5,662 nucleotides of DNA from the NCBI GenBank assembly GCA_001949185.1, contig BDGG01000044.1, positions 1 to 5,662 of the forward strand, read 5' to 3'. Made by a program: the position numbers and the translations under genes. Below, piece after piece: positions 1-5,662 of this stretch; position 1 is the stretch's first letter, and the number at the start of each line of letters is the position of its first letter. Source of the stretch: Ramazzottius varieornatus. Its lineage: Eukaryota; Animalia; Tardigrada. Below the pieces are notes generated by a model that was given only the letters and a program-made list of their open reading frames with translations, did not search any database and had not been told where the DNA came from.

Positions 1-22
1 CAACCCGATGTAAAGAAAAAAT
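1..22 (-). CDS. Candidate start of P450 coding exon 4 (truncated by window edge; apparent 1-nt frame discrepancy)
   Basis: Acceptor GCTTTTTCGCTATAG at 24-23 gives a 94-nt intron (23-116), similar to the other introns. The P450-like residues FLYIGL are one base out of frame with exon 3. Confidence 0.5.
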
Positions 23-116
23 CTATAGCGAAAAAGCACGGTTCGTATTACTCGTGGGAAACGGAGGACGTTCGTTCAGTTTCAGTGGAGCTGATCGCGG
101 GATGCAGGAAGCTTAC

Positions 117-405
117 CCATCTCAACGTCGAAGTGGTCGTGTCGTAGCCGGTAAAGAACAGCTCGCGGGCTGAACCCATATATTGTTGATCAGTGAAGAG
201 CTTCGGTTTGCCGAACATTTCCCTTTCCTTGTCCTGGGCGTTGAGGAAGGCGTCCGTGTAGTCGAAAACGGTTCTCGGGTATGTTGAACCACCTCGATGC
301 TTGATAAGGCGGTTGATGTATTGACCGGCGCCGTCCAAAGCATCGGTGACCAGACGGAAGCTGGCGGCAATCGATGGGATGTGGCGCAACACTGGAAAGA
401 TGTTC
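117..405 (-). CDS. P450 coding exon 3 (LNIFPVLRHIP...TGYDTTTSTLRW)
   Basis: Acceptor GTTATTAG|G AAC restores frame (TT|G = Leu; intron 406-487, 82 nt). Ends at phase-0 donor TGG|GTAAGC (intron starts 116). Confidence 0.88.
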
Positions 406-1276
406 CTAATAACAGACGGCAAATTCCGCTGTAAACAGAGCAATCAAAGGAGAGTAGATTTTTCTCAACAGAATCAATTGCACTTACAAGATACCGCAAG
501 GACCAAAATAGCGGACGACAGCGTTCATTTTGTTGAAGAAAGCGTGCGTCTCAGGGTCGTCATAGTCGAAGCGTTCTCCAAACAGAATACTGGCCAGCAG
601 ATTACCGATGGTGGTTCGGATGATCTGGGTGGTACAAAACGTTTGCCCGTTCAGCTGGCTGATATTGTTGACCATCTTCTCGGCTTCCTCCTGAATCAAC
701 TCCGCGATTTTTCCCTGACCTACACCCAGAGCTCTGAACGTCTTGAAGGCGAACGTTCGGTGGATCGACCAGGTCTCATCAGACGCAAAAGTGATACCTG
801 TCAAAGAACCACACTTATGTTCCGAATTACCTTCCCAGCATTTGGTAAACCAGACAAATGCGTGCGTTGGTCGCATAGGCAGTACATCGCTTACCGAGTC
901 TCTTGCCGGTGACCTCGGCCGTGTACATGCGTGGTCTTCCGCTGAACACTGGCTGAAACAAAGCTTCTCGGATTATTTCAGCGTCATTCAGCACAATTAC
1001 GGTCTTCCCGCCAAGCCGGCAACTGTAAATCTTGCCAAGCTTCTTCGCCCATCTTGCAAAGGCTTCATGGGGAAGAGAGCCCAAAAGCGGTATGCAGCCG
1101 AGCAGCGGGAACTGAAAGGGCGACGGTGGAAGGTTTCCCCGCGACCCTAACAAACGCCGTTGTTTCGCCCAAACAGCCAGCAAACCGACAGTCGCCAGAA
1201 GACACCCAAAACCGGAGCCCCACAAGTGAGGCAGCCAGGTCTTCATGAACATGAGGAATGATGGAGTAGCTGACAT
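117..1276 (-). CDS. Cytochrome P450, CYP2 clan (microsomal), spliced; exons 1276-895, 797-488, 405-117; 3' part lies beyond the window start
   Basis: Joined exons are 382+310+289 = 981 nt = 327 in-frame codons. Motifs in order: hydrophobic anchor (GFGCLLATVGLLAVW) + basic KQRR, proline hinge LPPSPFQFPLLG, FSGRP, C-helix WSIHR (WxxxR), FGERFDYDDP, ILNIFPVLRHIP, DYTDAFL, I-helix ELFFTGYDTTTSTLRW. ATG at 1276-1274 in GCC-ATG context. K-helix ExxR and the heme-Cys motif are not in the window. Confidence 0.95.
488..797 (-). CDS. P450 coding exon 2 (GITFASDETWSIHR...GPCGIL)
   Basis: Acceptor TTCTTTGACAG|GT ATC completes the split Gly codon (intron 798-894, 97 nt). Ends at phase-2 donor ATCTT|GTAAGT. 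Confidence 0.92.
895..1276 (-). CDS. P450 coding exon 1 (MSATPSF...TGKRLG)
   Basis: Part of ORF 827..1339. Ends at phase-1 donor CTCG|GTAAGC (intron starts 894). Later in-frame Mets (MFMKT) are alternative starts. Confidence 0.9.
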
Positions 1277-1300
1277 GGCGAATGCTAGAGCGCTTGGGTG

Positions 1301-1398
1301 CTGTAAAAACTTGAACAAAACCTGCTTAGACGGACGCACTGGACTCGGTCATCAGGAAATATGGTTCGGCAGAGACATAAGCCGGCTCTTATACTAAC
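1301..1398 (-). other. Probable 5'-UTR intron of the P450 gene
   Basis: Donor ACG|GTTAGT at 1398 and acceptor GTTCAAGTTTTTACAG at 1302-1301, 24 nt before the ATG. Length 98 nt matches the coding introns. Confidence 0.6.
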
Positions 1399-1443
1399 CG
1401 TGTCGCGAATTTGCTGCGGTAAGCAGTTACATAAGAAGGTAAC

Positions 1444-1449
1444 GACTGA
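1444..1449 (-). promoter_or_regulatory. Candidate initiator element TCAGTC (possible P450 transcription start)
   Basis: Matches the invertebrate Inr consensus TCAKTY and lies ~50 nt upstream of the putative UTR donor. No well-spaced TATA box; a hexamer match alone is weak. Confidence 0.3.
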
Positions 1450-2139
1450 CAAGTTATCGAACATGGTGCAGATTGTGCACGATTGCTGTATAGGCGGTGC
1501 TAATACCCTTCGACAACCTTCTTTGCATCACAATACACAGCTGCCAATGGCGGTCATAACTGTTCCCGTGTATAAGGAAGCCGTATCTGCTGATAAGTTT
1601 GTGAATGGCAAGACACCGGCGTACAGTACGGGTCGCTCTTAACTTCAGCCATTGCCACTACATAAGGATCCATGCCTCGCAGTCCCTTATCTCCACGGTT
1701 GGAGGTCATCACTGCAGACCGATGTGTCGGCTCGGTATCGAGTATCCAGTCACCTAAAGTCTGGCGGTCAGTTAAACTGCCCTGAATTCGATTCTGCTTC
1801 AGGGCGGGAAGTGCAATAGCCAAGAACAGCCACTGGACTCTCCTACTGGACAGCCAGGTGGCTACTTATCCAACAGTCCTATGATTATCGCTTGTAGAAC
1901 TCAATCGATGCTGACAGAACAACCATGGGGGGCTGAAGGCCTTCTGCAAGAAAAGGGTATCTCTTATTAAGTGGTCAGATTCGATCGTGGCCTGCATTAA
2001 TCGCACACCAAAATTGCGGTGCAATGAAGCTGGCTGGGTTTCGTTTATCGGAGAGAAACGGAAGTTGCTACATTACCAAGGCATTGCTTCTTCGTACCTG
2101 TGCTGGCTAGTTATCGCAGACAGCAGTTCTGCAGCAGCA

Positions 2140-3100
2140 CGCTTCGGGAGCACCCCGACGCAAGCAACAGGCTTTCAAAGCTTGGTTTGCCATTACAGCC
2201 GGGTCAAAAGTTCGCAATGTTAGCAGGAGATAACCTTGCGAAGTTCAACGGACAATCAGTCAAGTAACCGGCGTGACCGGAAGGTCATTGGCTGTCATCG
2301 GCGACATGTCAACAACGTTCTTTGATGACGATGCAAATGCGGATGTAAGTAGTACAAATTTGCTAATGTTGCCGACGTGGACTTTGGACTTTAGGTCTGG
2401 AGAGCAGTGACGCTTTACGTAATGAGGTAAGGCCACTGCAAGACACTTACACACAAACGCTGAACTTGCTGCCCTTATCTAGCAGCGGCAAGTCAACAAA
2501 TGGTTTGATAGTATTGACCTTATTTTTCCCAGGAGTTGATTTTCCACCAGTCTGGTTGGGCGCCTTTGCCACCACGGCAATGTCCTTACTTTCTGTCGAG
2601 TTTGATAACCTTGCAGTATCGGAAGAATCCGGCACTTCTAAACCAATGCGATAGTCATCATTGTTGATCCGTTTTGCTTACGAAGCCCCGAATACATTCG
2701 AGGCGTGGACTTTGATCGAAGTCGATTGTTATCCTACGCCTATACTAGTCCAGCCCTAAAGAAACTTCTGACGGGGTCTTGGACTGTTCGAGAAGGATTT
2801 TTGAGCGAAATTCGCAGAAACATATCCCCGACACGCTCAGATGGGACTAGATTATGTTTTTTTCAAAGAAATATCAGTCGTGCTTGCCGGTAGAGCAATT
2901 TAAATTCCTCTGCTTCTTATTAAGCTAATTAAAACTCGCTTATAACATTGGCGACGAAGTTTAGTAAACCGTCCAAAAACAGGCGAAGGTCAATCAAAAT
3001 TAGCAGCTATATAAATTCGTAAAAGATTACTTGTGCAACTCTGCGTAAAAGTGGGAAGAAGGGTGGGGCGCAGATAGTGGTTTCTTATCGTTTTTGACTG
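2140..3100 (-). pseudogene. Decayed coding relic, copy A (possible Crypton-like tyrosine recombinase)
   Basis: Homologous to 3680-3822 + 5102-5662 (+). 2566-2489 vs 5398-5475 is 54/78 nt identical and ungapped, with many synonymous third-position changes. Homology is well supported for 2272-2714 and weaker further upstream. Family assignment and boundaries are tentative. Confidence 0.55.
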
Positions 3101-3599
3101 GTGTGGTGCGGTCCCGTTTTCTATGGGAGAGCTGTAGATTGTAGCTATGAAAAAGTTTGGTTGAGGATGTTTTACAAATTGTTATCCGGTCAGAACGCAT
3201 TCACGGTATTGGCGCAAAAAGATCGACTCAGTGCCCTAAGTGAAGGTGATGTATTAATCACGAAACTCCACGAAACTTTCAACTCCCCAAGTTACAGAGC
3301 GAGCCGCGGGCGAGCATTTTTCTTGTACAGTTACCATAGCAAGGAATTGCAGTTCACGGTGTGCTCACCCGACAGTCTCACAGGTGGTTTGCAGAGTCTA
3401 TCGGCAGACCAAAGTCCCAAGACAACCATCACAATGTTACGCAATTGGGCATCGCTAAAACCTTACCAAGCGCTTACTCTCAAGGACACCGTTGAGACAG
3501 CCACAACTACAACCATCGACTATACTTATAAATGTCGTAGTAATTTAGAATTACATTGAGTGAGTTTACTCCGGCAAGACCAGGCTTAGTTTGGCTTGA

Positions 3600-3822
3600 A
3601 AACGCGTAAGGTAATCAAAAAACTGGTCCCAAGATGCTCGACCTTCCAGGCTAACCTCGGCCCGACCATCCGAAGCACTTTACATGAGCCACCTTACACG
3701 CTATACCAGCTTCAGCGTATGGAATGGAATTGCCCCAGACTGCGCGTTGTACCACGGTAAACAGATTTATCATAAATTTTCGAAATACGTCGTAGCATTG
3801 TGATATTGCTAGAATCGAACTA
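3600..3822 (+). pseudogene. Decayed coding relic, copy B, 5' part (left of the mariner insertion)
   Basis: TLHEPPYTLY (3677-3706) vs copy A ELHK*SFTNLY (from 3041 down). RLRVV/HG (3737-3758) vs copy A DLRLFLDG (2991-2968). The blocks are short but collinear. Confidence 0.4.
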
Positions 3823-3849
3823 TCAGGTGCGGAGGTATGACTTGTCCCC
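3823..3849 (+). repeat. Mariner terminal inverted repeat (3' end of the element)
   Basis: TA|TCAGGTGCGGAGGTATGACTTGTCCCC. Confidence 0.92.
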
Positions 3850-3869
3850 GTGGCCGCTGCCGAAGTTGA

Positions 3870-4909
3870 AAATTTTTTCTGACGCCATACCTCAATCTTT
3901 TTTGCCAACTTATACACTCACACTAGCACGGGACTACCGAAATTTTTTTGGGAGACACTTCGTTCCATTGCTGCAAGAGCCTGGGAGAAGAACGCCACTT
4001 TCCAAATAACGCCACTTTTCAAATCCACTTTCGGGAAAACTTCTCTATCTCGCTGGAGAAGGTTCAATGTCTTGAGCAGGTGACAATCTGCTAGCAGGTG
4101 GATCCTGCTATAAGAAGCATGAACGGGCAATTACAGTTCTCAGTCCTGCAGTTTTGCTGAAGTGTTTCGTTCAGAGTGCACTCTGGAGCAGACATGCAAC
4201 AGTAGTGAGTCCAGTCCGTGGATTAATTTTGTTTGTTCAACGGGAAGGTTTCCGTAGATAATGCCTCTTCCAGAGAGGAATAGAATAACGTTATCTAGAT
4301 GAGAGAGATTTATAGCGGTCAGTTGTGTGAGGTGGCCATCAAAATGCTATCATGGTTCTCTTTTAGTACCGCTCACGGTTCGAACTTTTTTGTGGTGGTT
4401 AGCCTATGTCAAAACACACCATTTCTCGCTTAAGAATCTTCCATGGAGTGCCTCTGTTGTCGCCCATACCGACGCGGTTTGCTATCGGGTCGTTCTTGTC
4501 TGCAATACATAGAGGGAAAAAAATGCAGAGCTCTGCGTTTTTTTTGAAGCGCGCGAAGTGAGTGGCGTATCAAATTCACTTGTGTTTTCGCCTTCCCCGC
4601 TCTGTTCAAGTTTACAGCGAGACTTTAGAGAGGCACATCTCAGTCTTATAAAAATTACACACTAGTTTGGTTAGAATCGAGTGTGACATGATCAGTCACT
4701 ATATTGTCGTTCACTTTCAATTCAGTCTTCCGTGAAGTTAACTTTTGAATGAAAAATCTCCAGAACGAAACCAATCGTCCCCATCACCCACTCTAAAACT
4801 GTTGGTTGTTTCATCGTCAAACACGACACCGATCTTGTCGGCGGTGCGAGATGCGTTCGTGCCTCCACGAAATTCAGACAGCAAAACCGCTGAAATTTCA
4901 GTTATGCAT
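3870..4909 (-). pseudogene. Mariner transposase pseudogene (many stops and frameshifts)
   Basis: Collinear decayed motifs: EISAVLLSEFRGGTNASRTADKI...WFRSGDFSF (N-terminal HTH), GR/ELKVNDN...DSNQT, NLNRAGKAKTQVNLIRHSL (cf. HLxxIGKxKK..WVPHEL), KNDPIANRVGMGDNR (cf. PFLxRIVTGDEKW; D1 4461-4459), KRTMIAF*W (cf. KKxMxxVWW), LLLHVCSRVH (cf. LLHDNARPH; D2 position is Val, 4193-4191), HASYSRIHLLADCHLL (cf. HPPYSPDLAPxDYHLF; D3 4088-4086). Exactly 34 codons lie between the D2 and D3 positions. Ends are approximate. Confidence 0.9.
3991..4031. repeat. Short tandem micro-duplication inside the mariner
   Basis: AACGCCACTTT at 3991-4001 and 4008-4018, plus the variant AAATCCACTTT at 4021-4031. Confidence 0.6.
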
Positions 4910-5072
4910 GATTCAGCCAAAATAATTCCTGCCGCACCCCAGAGCTAAGAAACTTGAATCAATGACGTGTCGAACAAGGGTCGGGAGTTGGTTGGCTGGC
5001 AGGAAAAAATGTTTAAAACGGAAGGACGAAGGGGGGCAGAACTATGAGTTTTTGAAGTCAAGGTGTTTTAGG

Positions 5073-5099
5073 GGGGATAAGTCATACTTCCGCACCTAG
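5073..5099 (-). repeat. Mariner terminal inverted repeat (5' end of the element)
   Basis: Reverse complement reads TA|CTAGGTGCGGAAGTATGACTTATCCCC. Confidence 0.92.
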
Positions 5100-5101
5100 T
5101 A

Positions 5102-5662
5102 TACAAACGGCTGTATTCAATACACGATATACACCTCCCGTTCGAAACAGCGATCACAGTGTGTCTCCGTTGGATGGAAAGGATGTACACTGCCTTCCGC
5201 TCAGAGAAAGTTTGTCTGCACTGGATTTCGGGTTTTTTTCCGCGCAAGGTGCTCAGCTCGAGGCATCACGCTCGCGAAAAAAGAATGCAGTGCGGATTAA
5301 CGTATATGTCACTATAGACGTGCCTGATTTGTTGAAAAGAGCAAAGGTTCGCCGAATTCCATTGAGAACAAGGCCGTTAATTGTCTTCATGACGTCAAAG
5401 TCGCTATACCAGACAGGATGAAAAGTTACCACTGAGAAGAGTGAGGGTAATACTGCGAGACCATTTGTTGGCTTACGAGATAAGAGGGCAACAACTTTAA
5501 CGTCTTGTATACCCGCGAAGATGCCTTGCGGAAACCGTTGCGCATTACGTCAAGTGTTACTGTTCGCTGGACCATAGTCTATCGTCGGCAACATCCGCAT
5601 TGCATCGTTATCAAAGAATGCCCAAAATCGCGACGGTTACAGCCATCGACCTGCCAGTCACG
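5102..5662 (+). pseudogene. Decayed coding relic, copy B, 3' part (runs off the window end)
   Basis: Reads QGAQLE..VRIN..DVPD..KSLYQTG*KVTTEKSEGNTARPFVGL..CLAETVAHYVKCYCSLD..IVGNIRIASLSKN..TAIDLPVT with stops and frameshifts. It aligns to copy A (QSPRLE..KRIN..EVPD..KAPNQTGGKSTPGKNKVNTIKPFVDL..CLAVALPHYVKRHCSPD..HVGNI..ASSSKN..TANDLPVT). Confidence 0.65.

Larger units (their letters stand above)
3823..5099 (-). mobile_element. Full-length, inactive mariner (Tc1/mariner superfamily, DD34D) DNA transposon, 1277 bp
   Basis: 27-bp terminal inverted repeats (3823-3849 and 5073-5099, 23/27 identical), TA on both sides (3821-3822, 5100-5101), length typical of mariner (~1.3 kb), and a decayed transposase inside. 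Confidence 0.93.

Noticed and set aside
122-499. Minus-strand ORF 122..499
   Set aside because: Alternative frame over P450 exon 3 and intron 2; no P450 motifs.
346-1248. Plus-strand ORFs 346..912, 743..1150 and 1054..1248
   Set aside because: Antisense shadows of the P450 exons with no recognisable protein features.
1277-1339. N-terminal extension MRPSKQ...FA of ORF 827..1339
   Set aside because: Starts at GTG and crosses a clear splice acceptor at 1302-1301; the first ATG is at 1276.
1337-1840. Repeated 10-mer CACTGGACTC (1337-1346, 1831-1840; 9-mer inverted at 4207-4215)
   Set aside because: A few 9-10-mer matches are expected by chance in 5.6 kb, and I recognise no motif.
1361-2223. 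Short ORFs 1361..1642, 1554..1823 and 1987..2223 as genes
   Set aside because: No domain similarity recognised and lengths are compatible with chance.
2466-2654. Plus-strand ORF 2466..2654 as the coding strand of relic A
   Set aside because: Synonymous differences from copy B fall at third positions of the minus-strand frame, so this ORF is the in-register antisense.
4517-4545. Hairpin plus T-run resembling a rho-independent terminator
   Set aside because: The context is eukaryotic and the site is inside a transposase pseudogene; kept only as a palindrome.
1-5662. Prokaryotic systems (CRISPR array, operon), tRNA or rRNA genes
   Set aside because: No regularly spaced repeats or RNA-gene signatures seen; spliceosomal introns show the DNA is eukaryotic.
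1-5662. Naming the source organism or a specific CYP family number
   Set aside because: Short introns and a mariner suggest a compact invertebrate genome, but neither can be assigned without a database search.

Overview
Eukaryotic (animal-like) genomic DNA with short GT-AG introns. The left end (minus strand, 1-1276) is the 5' two-thirds of a spliced microsomal cytochrome P450 of the CYP2 clan: three clean coding exons giving 327 codons up to the I-helix, running off the window. The rest is a nest of fossil DNA transposons that the ORF track mostly misses. (1) A full-length 1277-bp mariner (DD34D) element at 3823-5099, with 27-bp terminal inverted repeats, TA flanks and a heavily decayed transposase on the minus strand. 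(2) Two diverged (~69% nt in the best blocks), head-to-head relics of one ancestral protein-coding sequence: copy A at ~2140-3100 (minus) and copy B at ~3600-5662 (plus). The mariner appears to be inserted inside copy B. Their motif order resembles Crypton-type tyrosine recombinases (inference from recalled motifs, not a search). The P450 upstream region, including relic A, is enriched in GATAA sites and has good candidate splice signals, suggesting possible transposon-derived regulation of the P450. All alignments and counts were done by hand.
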